NCBI GenBank assembly: GCA_020354945.1
Contig: CP070655.1
Span: 861,512-878,785, forward strand
Length of the DNA stretch: 17,274 bases
From: Candidatus Omnitrophota bacterium
GTDB lineage: Bacteria > Omnitrophota > Gorgyraeia > JABMRG01 > JAFGKX01
Direction of reading: 5' to 3'
Positions 8,032-15,598 of this stretch are shown in pieces. The notes below the pieces were generated by a model. The model saw only the letters and a program-made list of their open reading frames with translations, made no database searches and was not told where the DNA came from. A program made the position numbers and the translations under genes. Numbering within the stretch: position 1 is the stretch's first letter; every line of letters starts with the position of its first letter.

Positions 8032-8991
8032 TCACTTCACCTGTCCAAGCCTATATCTAATCTCCTCGATTAAGGTGTCTATTCCTTCTCCTGTCTTACT
8101 CGATATAGGAAATATTTTATGTTTTATTTTTTTATTAAGCAATTTTAAATTCTCTTTAGCAATGGCAAGGTCCATCTTATTAGCAACTAATATCTTATAT
8201 TTTTTATCTAAACCTTTACCATAGAGTTTTAGTTCTTCATTTATGTTCCGGTAATCGCGAAATGGGTCTCTAATTTCTTCAGATGCATCTATAAGATGAA
8301 CTAATAATCTGGTGCGCTCTATATGCTTTAGGAATAAATCGCCCAAACCCTTACCTTTATGAGCGCCTTTTATTAAACCAGGCACCTCGCAAACCCTGAA
8401 TTGGTAATCTTCGCCTTTTACTGTTCCTAAAACCGGCGCTTTGGTCGTAAAAGCATATAGAGCAATTCTCGGGTGGGCGTTTGATATTTTAGTTATCAAT
8501 GTAGATTTGCCTGAATTTGGAAAGCCTAAAATTGCGACATCGGCTATTAGCTTTAATTCAAACCTTATAGATTTCTCTTCGCCCTGGCCCCCTTCTGTAG
8601 CATTTTTATGGCTGCGGTTACCTTTGCCTTCTCCGCCGCCTTTTGCAATTATTAACTCTTCGCTATCTTCAGTCAAATCGGCTAATAAAATACCGGTATC
8701 ATCAAAGATAAGGGTGCCAGGAGGAATTTTAATTATACAGTCTGTTCCGTCAGCTCCTTTCTTTTTTTTACTGCTTCCATTTTTGCCGTCTTTGGCCTTG
8801 AAATGACGTCTATATTGAAAATCAAGAAGGGTGTGCACATTCGTGCTCACCCTTAATATGACATTACCGCCACGGCCGCCGTCTCCACCATCTGGATGGC
8901 CCACCCGGGTAAGTCTGTCTCTGTAAAAACTATTTACGCCATTGCCACCCTTTCCAGCCTTTACCTTTATCCTGGCAGTATCTATAAACAT
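8032..8991 (-). CDS. obgE: Obg/CgtA GTPase (short form, no C-terminal extension)
   Basis: MFID...AGKGGNG, PDGGDGGRGG Obg fold; ELKLIADV, G1 GFPNSGKST, G2 FTT, G4 NKMD, G5 ISS; follows rplU-rpmA. Confidence 0.96.
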   Translation of the reverse strand: MFIDTARIKVKAGKGGNGVNSFYRDRLTRVGHPDGGDGGRGGNVILRVSTNVHTLLDFQYRRHFKAKDGKNGSSKKKKGADGTDCIIKIPPGTLIFDDTGILLADLTEDSEELIIAKGGGEGKGNRSHKNATEGGQGEEKSIRFELKLIADVAILGFPNSGKSTLITKISNAHPRIALYAFTTKAPVLGTVKGEDYQFRVCEVPGLIKGAHKGKGLGDLFLKHIERTRLLVHLIDASEEIRDPFRDYRNINEELKLYGKGLDKKYKILVANKMDLAIAKENLKLLNKKIKHKIFPISSKTGEGIDTLIEEIRYRLGQVK

Positions 8992-8997
8992 TAAACA

Positions 8998-9234
8998 TTA
9001 CATCACGCTAACGATGCGTGACTTGGCGAATTTTACAATGCCGTCTATCCTGGCAAAAAGGGTGTCATCTTTACCCAGGCCGACATTTATGCCCGGTTTA
9101 AACCTTGTGCCTCTCTGTCTCATTATGATCGAACCGGCCTTAACCTGCTGTCCGTCCGAGCATTTTATCCCGAGCCTTTGGGAAGCACTTTCACGTCCAT
9201 TCCGTGAAGCGCCCATTCCTTTTTTATGCGCCAT
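8998..9234 (-). CDS. rpmA: 50S ribosomal protein L27
   Basis: MAHKKG...[31 protein letters not shown]; SD AAGGAG upstream. Confidence 0.98.
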   Translation of the reverse strand: MAHKKGMGASRNGRESASQRLGIKCSDGQQVKAGSIIMRQRGTRFKPGINVGLGKDDTLFARIDGIVKFAKSRIVSVM

Positions 9235-9246
9235 TGCTTTTCTCCT

Positions 9247-9555
9247 TTATCCTTTTACTATTTCTTTAACTCTAACTTTGCTTAACAGCTCCCTGTGCCC
9301 TATCTTCTTCTGGCTGCTTTTTCTTTTGCGAAATTTAAATGCTACGCGTTTAGGGCCCTTTGCATCGCCCAAGACATCGCATACCGCTTTTGCGCCTTTT
9401 ATATGCGGAGTGCCAATCTTAACATCTTTACCGTCAGCTATTAATAATAGATTAGTTAGAGAAACTTCCTTCTTTTTAGGTACTCTGGGAATGCAAAGTA
9501 TCTCACCCTTTACAAACGTGTATTGTTTTGACCCAATTTCTGCAATTGCAAACAC
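9247..9555 (-). CDS. rplU: 50S ribosomal protein L21
   Basis: AIAEIGSKQY, IGTPHI.GA, KGPK..FKFRKRK...KIGHR; GTG start with AGGGG SD; adjacent to rpmA. Confidence 0.96.
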   Translation of the reverse strand: MFAIAEIGSKQYTFVKGEILCIPRVPKKKEVSLTNLLLIADGKDVKIGTPHIKGAKAVCDVLGDAKGPKRVAFKFRKRKSSQKKIGHRELLSKVRVKEIVKG

Positions 9556-9607
9556 TTATGTCCCCTTTGTTAAAAATTGTTAAGTTAATAAAACTTTAAG
9601 GAAATTA

Positions 9608-9636
9608 AGTATATCAAACTACCTTTGGAAAATCAA
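9608..9636 (-). promoter_or_regulatory. Probable sigma70 promoter for rplU-rpmA-obgE: -35 TTGATT (9636-9631), 17-bp spacer, extended -10 TGaTATACT (-10 at 9613-9608)
   Basis: Minus strand TTGATT-TTCCAAAGGTAGTTTGA-TATACT; near-consensus boxes, optimal spacing, TG extension, 52 nt upstream of the rplU start. Confidence 0.75.
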
Positions 9637-9652
9637 GTGTTTTATACCAGTT

Positions 9653-11170
9653 TTATACTCTCTTTATCTCGATGTCTTCAAAGTGAAAACGGTTGTTTTC
9701 CAAGACTGTTATCTTGGTCCTGAATGTCCGCTGAAGCCTGCGCAAGAAGCCCGACTCATCCTTTCTTAATTTTGCCGCAACGTCAGGATGAAGCACAATT
9801 TCAACAGGCTGCCTTGGTTTTGCCTTTTTTAAGAAATTCTTTAATTTACGAACGGCTAATATTGAGACGGTCTCTGCTGATTTTATACGGCCTCTTCCTT
9901 CGCAATAGGGACAACTCTGATATGATGCGCTCTCTATGCTCTTATAAGTTCTTTGCCTGGTCAGCTCAACAATGTCCAGTTCAGAAACAGAGGCTATATG
10001 CGTCCTTGCCCTGTCTTTTCTAAGTTCTTTCTGCAATGTATTAAATACATCTTTGCGATGCTTCTCATCGAGCATATCAATAAAATCTATGACAACGATT
10101 CCGCCCACGTCTCTTAAGCGCAATTGCCTGGCTGTTTCTGCTGCTGCTTCCACGTTGGCTCTGTATATTGTCGCTTCAGGGTCCTTCTTTTTTATAAATC
10201 TGCCCGTATTTACGTCAATAGCTATCATTCCCTCTGTCTGCTCAATAGTAATATACCCTCCGCATTTAAGAAAGATTTTTCTATGGAAGATTCTGTCTAT
10301 ATCTTTCTCTATCCCGTATCTTTCAAAAAGCGGTTCGTCATCTTTGTATAATTCTATACGAGACCTAAACTTTGGAGAGAAGTTGGCCACAACGTGTTTT
10401 ATTCTTCTAAATTCTCCCTTTTCATCTATTATTATTTTTTCCACCTCTTCGGTTAGCATATCCCGCATTATTTTAGAAGTTATGTCTAATTCATGCCATA
10501 ATTGAGAAGGCGCGCTTTTTTTCCTTGAAGCAACCCTGATTCGAGCCCACTGTTTAGCAAGGAATTTTGCGTCTCTGGCTAAATCTCTTTTAGCACATCC
10601 CGAAGCTGCTGTTCTGGCTATTAAACCCGCTCCTTTGGGTAGCCTGAAAGTCTTTAAGATATCTTTGATTCTTTTTCTTTCTTTGTCATCGCGGATTTTT
10701 CTGGATATGCCTATTTTGCTGGAATTGGGCATAAATACCAGATACCTCCCTGGCAGAGATATATTTGTAGTTAATCTGGCGCCTTTTGTCCCAATCTCCT
10801 CCTTGACTACTTGTACCAGAACCTCTTGCCCGGCTTTTAACAAATCTTGAATTTTTAAAGGGCCTTTGTTTCTTCTTTCTTTCCTGCCGGCAGGAGGGGC
10901 TTCTGCTTCATAGATTATTTCGCCTTCAACATACTCCGGCATTGCCTCTATTACATCCGTAACATATAAAAAACCGTTTTTTGCTGCTCCATAATCTATA
11001 AAAGCTGCCCCTATGGCAGGGACCACTGAATTTACTTCGCCTTTATATATATTGCCTACTATAGCTTCCTGCTCTAATCTATCAACAAAGTAATCGTCCA
11101 ATTTGTTTTCAACTACAATTGCCGTCCTTCTTTCGCCGGCTTCAACGTTTATAAGAATTTTCTTTTTCAT
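9653..11170 (-). CDS. rng: Rne/Rng family endoribonuclease (RNase G-sized, no long C-terminal scaffold)
   Basis: GNIYKGEV..V.P...AAFID (S1), VQVVKE..GTKGARLT, GRYLV, IDVNTG, RQLRLRDVGGIVVIDFIDM, Zn-link CPYCEGRG. Confidence 0.93.
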   Translation of the reverse strand: MKKKILINVEAGERRTAIVVENKLDDYFVDRLEQEAIVGNIYKGEVNSVVPAIGAAFIDYGAAKNGFLYVTDVIEAMPEYVEGEIIYEAEAPPAGRKERRNKGPLKIQDLLKAGQEVLVQVVKEEIGTKGARLTTNISLPGRYLVFMPNSSKIGISRKIRDDKERKRIKDILKTFRLPKGAGLIARTAASGCAKRDLARDAKFLAKQWARIRVASRKKSAPSQLWHELDITSKIMRDMLTEEVEKIIIDEKGEFRRIKHVVANFSPKFRSRIELYKDDEPLFERYGIEKDIDRIFHRKIFLKCGGYITIEQTEGMIAIDVNTGRFIKKKDPEATIYRANVEAAAETARQLRLRDVGGIVVIDFIDMLDEKHRKDVFNTLQKELRKDRARTHIASVSELDIVELTRQRTYKSIESASYQSCPYCEGRGRIKSAETVSILAVRKLKNFLKKAKPRQPVEIVLHPDVAAKLRKDESGFLRRLQRTFRTKITVLENNRFHFEDIEIKRV

Positions 11171-11194
11171 TTTTATGCTATCACCATATTATTT

Positions 11195-11222
11195 AGTAGG
11201 GCACACTTTAGTGTGCCCTACT
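11195..11222. repeat. Perfect 12-bp hairpin AGTAGGGCACAC-TTTA-GTGTGCCCTACT; GTAG-type REP-like palindrome
   Basis: Perfect inverted repeat in the pilQ-rng spacer, with GTAG at one end and CTAC at the other; no U-tract on the coding (minus) strand. Confidence 0.75.
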
Positions 11223-11253
11223 GTTATTTAAAAACTTTTGAGATTTTTATGAT

Positions 11254-12798
11254 TTATTCAACAATAAGTCTTGTTGATTTTTTCTTACTTTTACCAGACC
11301 CTATCGGTGTATCCGGTTTCCAGTGATGTCCCATGGTCTCAGGAGCACGATAAAATTCATCCTGTCTTTCAGTAATATCTTTAAATAAAGGCTCTGTATC
11401 TTTTTTGCTCTCAATCAATTTTACTGTTACAAATATTAAAAGATCCCTTGTGTCTGTTGTATCTGCTGAATATCTAAACAGATATCCTAAAAGAGGTATA
11501 TCTCCTAAAAATGGGACCTTGTGCCTGGTTTTAACAGTTTGTTCTTTCAAAAGTCCGCCTATGGCAATGGTTTCGCCGTCTTTTATCATAACTTGCGTTT
11601 TTGCATTTCTAACAGAAATAGGGTAGGCATAAACGTCGGTAGAAGCAGCTGAGTCAGCTGATCCGATCAGTAATTCCTTGGTCTGCCTGGATGTAACCTC
11701 CGGCTCTAAATCTATTACTATCTCATTTTTTGAGTTAACATGAGGAGTAACCTTCAATGTTATTCCTGTATCCAATTCTGTCTTTATAATATCTTGAAAA
11801 ACCCTTTTTCCGGTATCTTCGTCTGTTCCCCATTTTGGTATGTATAGAGAACTACCAACACGAATTTCAGCAGGCTGATTATCAAGTGTAACTGTCCGCG
11901 GATTTGATATTATCTTGGTGTCGCTCCTTTGGTCTAAAATTTTTAAGACTGCTTGAAAAGAAGAAAAATCGAGCGTGCCGAAGGTCCAAAGTGCGCTTGT
12001 TGCCGTTGAAGTATCCGTGGTGGGAAAATCGGGAAACGATTCACGTACCCTATTTTCTAAATACGGCATATGCCTTAAACTCGTGTCAAAGGGTAGCGTA
12101 GTTGGAATTTTTGACCCAGTGGCAGTAACCTGAACTGTCCAGTCAATGCCCAATTTCTCATCATCATCGAGGACTGTTTCAATTATTCTTGCGTCAATAT
12201 AAACCTGGGGAGTTGGTTCATCTAATTTAGTTACTACTTGCTCAACTTTATAAATGTTTGTCGGTATATCAGTGACTATGAGTGTATTTGACCTTTTATC
12301 TGCCTTTACGGTTCCGCGTTCGCTCACTATCTCTTTTATAGACCCTGCTACATCCTCTGCTTTTGCATAGCTTATTCTAAAAACCTCTGTCTTTACTGGC
12401 TCAAGGCCTAAACTTTCAACCGTAGCCACTCTTATGATGTTGGCTTCGCGCTCATAGGCAAAACCATAGGTCTTTAAAACTACATCCAGGGCCTTCTCCC
12501 ATGGCACATCAACTAAACGTATGGTAACGGTGCCTTCAACATCTTTGCCGGCAACGATATTGACTCCGCTTTTGATTGAAAGGATGCGCAGGACATTGAG
12601 AATATCCGCATCTTTAAAGTCTATGGTTACATTACCAGGCGCAGTCGCTTTCTCCACAGGTTCTGCAGGTAATTCCTCCTGTGCCTTTGGTATAGTCTCC
12701 GGCGCTATTTCCTGGGCAAAGGATTCCGGCACAGCAGTGAATATTAAAGAAATGACTGCAAAATAAATTATTATATTATTACAAATTTTTTTATACAT
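11254..12798 (-). CDS. pilQ: Type IV pilus secretin, PilQ/GspD family
   Basis: Signal peptide; N0 (VTIDFKDADI..VL, VPWEKALDVVL); N3 (ADKRSNTLIVTD, LDEPTPQVYIDARIIE); secretin core (ISNPRTVTLDNQPAEI, GITLKVTP, KVPFLGDIPLLGYLF, LLIFVT); SD AAGGAG. Confidence 0.92.
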   Translation of the reverse strand: MYKKICNNIIIYFAVISLIFTAVPESFAQEIAPETIPKAQEELPAEPVEKATAPGNVTIDFKDADILNVLRILSIKSGVNIVAGKDVEGTVTIRLVDVPWEKALDVVLKTYGFAYEREANIIRVATVESLGLEPVKTEVFRISYAKAEDVAGSIKEIVSERGTVKADKRSNTLIVTDIPTNIYKVEQVVTKLDEPTPQVYIDARIIETVLDDDEKLGIDWTVQVTATGSKIPTTLPFDTSLRHMPYLENRVRESFPDFPTTDTSTATSALWTFGTLDFSSFQAVLKILDQRSDTKIISNPRTVTLDNQPAEIRVGSSLYIPKWGTDEDTGKRVFQDIIKTELDTGITLKVTPHVNSKNEIVIDLEPEVTSRQTKELLIGSADSAASTDVYAYPISVRNAKTQVMIKDGETIAIGGLLKEQTVKTRHKVPFLGDIPLLGYLFRYSADTTDTRDLLIFVTVKLIESKKDTEPLFKDITERQDEFYRAPETMGHHWKPDTPIGSGKSKKKSTRLIVE

Positions 12799-12815
12799 GA
12801 CGAAGCTCCTTTTTG

Positions 12816-13259
12816 TTATTCCGCTAGGTGAATAACATGCTTGGTTTGGTTAAAAAGAAGACTCACTTTATCGAATTCAATCTTTATAAATTTTATGTTA
12901 CCAATGGTATCATTTTCTTTCAATACCATACCATTAATAACTGCTATAGAATCGCCGCTGGGGTCATAAACTATTCCTTCAAGCCTTATGTCTTCAATAG
13001 ATCTTATCGTTCCATAACCAAAGGCAATCTTGCCTCCTTTAGTCACCAAAGGCACAAATGGGTCCCTTCTGCCTGCAGTGTCATATTTAAATGAATCTAC
13101 GCCTGCTTTGGCAACATCAGTGCTATTGCCATAAACATTGAAATTCACACTTAACAACAAAGCAGAAAGGCATAATAATAAAGGCGTCGTTATGGGATTG
13201 CTTCCTCGCTTCGCTCCTCGCAATGACGATTTGCCACAATTACGGCGCAGAAATCTCAC
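12816..13259 (-). CDS. PilP/GspC-HR-like pilus assembly protein
   Basis: Lies between pilO and pilQ; RRDPFVP motif, LEGIVYD...AVING; hydrophobic signal segment; GTG start overlaps the pilO stop (GTGA) with GGAGG SD upstream. Confidence 0.75.
   Translation of the reverse strand: MRFLRRNCGKSSLRGAKRGSNPITTPLLLCLSALLLSVNFNVYGNSTDVAKAGVDSFKYDTAGRRDPFVPLVTKGGKIAFGYGTIRSIEDIRLEGIVYDPSGDSIAVINGMVLKENDTIGNIKFIKIEFDKVSLLFNQTKHVIHLAE
13194..13228 (-). repeat. CGTC-type REP / RPE-like repeat half (CGTCATTGCGAGGAGCGAAGCGAGGAAGCAATCCC) inside the pilP-like CDS
   Basis: Closely resembles the widespread GTCATTGCGAGGAGCGAAGCGACGAAGCAATC repeat (recognised from memory, not searched); GC-rich in AT-rich context. 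Confidence 0.75.
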
Positions 13260-13843
13260 TTTACTTCCTCCTCTGGAGCGCCCAATATATATGTAACAAC
13301 GGTTACATCAAATCTGTGGTTAGCTGCTCCTGAAGTATCGCCTGAGATTTTTAAATCTGTTACTCTCATAAAAGTATCTCCATTTTCAAGCTTGTTTAGA
13401 AACAGGCCAAATGAATGATATCCGGAAATAGCCCTCAGGAATATTGGAAATTTACGATACGCACCGGAAATTTTTGCTTTGCCTCGCTCTATGCTTTCCA
13501 TAGGATTTATACTTTCGATTTTAACTCCACAAGCTTTGGCTGTATTAGATAGATTCTTCAATAAAGGAGATATCTCCTCTTTTGTGGAAAATTTTCTCTT
13601 ATATCCGGTCAGTTTTTGTTTTAATTTTTTTATCCGATTTTCATAACGAGGAATATTTGTTACATCAATATCCATTATATTTACACGGGATGCCCTAGCC
13701 CTTACCTCTGGAATTATCTTTATTAAGCCGCCAAAAACCGGTTTGATTACAAAATAGAAATCTGCTACAAGTACGCACAAACCGATGACTCCATATAAAA
13801 TAAGTTTTTGATTCTTAATGATATTATCTTTTATGTTTATCAA
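13256..13843 (-). CDS. pilO: Type IV pilus inner-membrane component PilO
   Basis: Single N-terminal TM, coiled coil, EISPLL..L...A...GV.I.SI.P, YRKFPI, SGYHSFGLFLNKLEN; TTG start with GGGAG SD; position in pilMNOPQ. Confidence 0.85.
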   Translation of the reverse strand: MINIKDNIIKNQKLILYGVIGLCVLVADFYFVIKPVFGGLIKIIPEVRARASRVNIMDIDVTNIPRYENRIKKLKQKLTGYKRKFSTKEEISPLLKNLSNTAKACGVKIESINPMESIERGKAKISGAYRKFPIFLRAISGYHSFGLFLNKLENGDTFMRVTDLKISGDTSGAANHRFDVTVVTYILGAPEEEVK

Positions 13844-14459
13844 AATAACTTCTCCCGCCTTTAAAATAGCAAATTATAGTAAAATCCATAACTTCTAACT
13901 CTGCAATGCTTCTCATTCGGCTGGATTCTAATCTAATATCACTAAAATCCTCAAAGAAACCCTTATTGGATTTTAATGAATTGATAAAACTACCTATCAT
14001 CGCTGCTTCTTCTCCTTCAGTATATGAAAAGACACTGCCTTTTAACAACATGGCCTGCTCATTTTTTGGTCCTTTTTCATCGTGCAGCGAAAGCTCCTTT
14101 AGCCATACTCCGTCAGTAATCGCTGCGCTTAAATCTGACATTTTTTTAGACCATAGAATACTTTTTGAGGTTAGTTCATTTATAGCGGATACTTTATCAT
14201 TTAATCCTTGCATATCTATTTTATAGGATTTGGCTATTTTGTACGTGGGTTCTAATTCAGCAATGCGTCGGTTTAACTTTTTGAGCGAATTTTTTTTAAA
14301 GAAGAGTGCCGTCGCCGCTAATAACTGCAAAACTACAAATGCAACGATTGCTATTATTGCTATACGTCGTAAAGGCAGTTTAGATATACTGATTTGCGGA
14401 AACTCATTTTTCTTCGGCTGCTTCCTTAACTCTTCCGGAAGTAAGTTTATCTCTATCAT
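13824..14459 (-). CDS. pilN: Type IV pilus assembly protein PilN
   Basis: N-terminal IEINLLP (PilM-binding motif), TM helix, coiled coil, GVWL.EL, LKG. Confidence 0.88.
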   Translation of the reverse strand: MIEINLLPEELRKQPKKNEFPQISISKLPLRRIAIIAIVAFVVLQLLAATALFFKKNSLKKLNRRIAELEPTYKIAKSYKIDMQGLNDKVSAINELTSKSILWSKKMSDLSAAITDGVWLKELSLHDEKGPKNEQAMLLKGSVFSYTEGEEAAMIGSFINSLKSNKGFFEDFSDIRLESSRMRSIAELEVMDFTIICYFKGGRSYFDKHKR

Positions 14460-14468
14460 TTTTCAGAA

Positions 14469-14559
14469 TTAGTACCGTTTACGGTTCCAAGGGGGTAAGT
14501 GTCCCCTAATTTTGCTGGGGGCATTGGCCTCTTTGAAACCGTAAACGGTACTTCCAAAA
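14469..14559. repeat. Intergenic palindromic element B: 25-bp imperfect IR (14471-14495 / 14528-14552), outer 16 bp perfect (AGTACCGTTTACGGTT / AACCGTAAACGGTACT), with inner CCCC/GGGG hairpin
   Basis: Read directly; it fills most of the pilM-pilN spacer and shares both ends with element A. Confidence 0.88.
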
Positions 14560-14563
14560 CCAT

Positions 14564-15598
14564 CTAGCTTTCTCTTAACCCCAGGCCTACTGCAACTGCA
14601 AAAGATGCCTTTATGGGTTCTAAAGCAGCTGTATCTATTTTTGGGCTCATATTGATATTGTTAAACGGATCCCAAAAGACGATATCGCCGCTTAATATAT
14701 CTTTTATAAAATCGGATATCCCTTCTAATCTGCTTGAGCCTCCGCTGACATAGATCTTCTGTACATTCTTCCCGTAACGATTTTCATAAAAGTCAAATGA
14801 AAGCCTTATTTCATTCAAAAGGTTATAAAATGCATCTTTTATTATAGGGGCTCTTTCATTTTTTTGCTCAACTGGGTTAACCTTTAATGTCTCGGCTTTG
14901 TTTTTTTTAAGATTTAATTTCTCTGCTATAGCAACAGTTATATCATCGCCTGCTATCTGTATATCTCTTGTTAAATATGATTGCTCACCACTAACAATAT
15001 TTATATTGGTTATTTTGGCGCCTATATCGATAAGGGCACAGGTTATATCTTTGCTTTCTTTTTGAGAATTTAAAAATGCGTTCATAATAGCAAAAGAATC
15101 GATATCGATTGCCCGTAGAGTAAGCCCTGCTCCTGATAGCAATTCAATGCGATTATTTATAACTGATTTCTTTGCTGCTACCAACAGGACGCTTATCTTT
15201 CCTCCGGTTAATTCTTCGAGCTTTACAAAATCTGTTATGACCTCATCCAATTTATATGGTATGTATCTTTCAGCCTCGAATTTTACAGCGCTTTTCAATT
15301 CTCTCTCACTCATACCCGGCATTTCCACAATCCTGACAATGACAGAGGGGCCGGATATAGAAGTGTTGACGCTGATATTTGAAATTCCCAATTTTGTTAT
15401 TGCTTTTTTTACCGAGGCAGTTGTATCTTTTGTCAAAGGTTCATAAGAAAATGCAGTCAATTCAGGGGGTGTTTTGCTCTTATCAATTGCTACAGCTTTT
15501 ATAAAAGTTGCGCCGATATCAACACCGACATTCAACTGCTCTTTTTTCCTAAAAAGTCTCTGCATAACCACTTCCTTTATCTTTGCAGCCTTTATCAT
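14564..15598 (-). CDS. pilM: Type IV pilus assembly ATPase-like protein PilM (actin/FtsA fold); alternative start ATG 15565
   Basis: VGVDIGA..IKAV, EAERYIPY, VLLVAAKK, IDIDSFAI, IDIGAKITNI, EIRLSFDFY, VSGGSS, AVAVGLGLR. Confidence 0.93.
   Translation of the reverse strand: MIKAAKIKEVVMQRLFRKKEQLNVGVDIGATFIKAVAIDKSKTPPELTAFSYEPLTKDTTASVKKAITKLGISNISVNTSISGPSVIVRIVEMPGMSERELKSAVKFEAERYIPYKLDEVITDFVKLEELTGGKISVLLVAAKKSVINNRIELLSGAGLTLRAIDIDSFAIMNAFLNSQKESKDITCALIDIGAKITNINIVSGEQSYLTRDIQIAGDDITVAIAEKLNLKKNKAETLKVNPVEQKNERAPIIKDAFYNLLNEIRLSFDFYENRYGKNVQKIYVSGGSSRLEGISDFIKDILSGDIVFWDPFNNINMSPKIDTAALEPIKASFAVAVGLGLRES

Noticed and set aside
8942-9583. 213-aa plus-strand ORF spanning rplU-rpmA
   Set aside because: Antisense shadow of conserved ribosomal protein genes; no recognisable motifs.
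9566-9589. TTAAC repeated three times in the rplU leader as a possible operator or L21 leader RNA
   Set aside because: Short AT-rich repeats are expected by chance, and no stable structure is evident.
14483-14540. GTTCCAA...TTGAAAC resembles CRISPR repeat termini
   Set aside because: Single unit, too long, no repeat-spacer periodicity and no cas genes; explained by the inverted repeat.
14469-14559. Elements A and B as integron attC sites or intrinsic terminators
   Set aside because: No RYYYAAC/GTTRRRY core sites, the flanking genes are core operon genes, and there is no U-tract after the stems on the transcribed strand.
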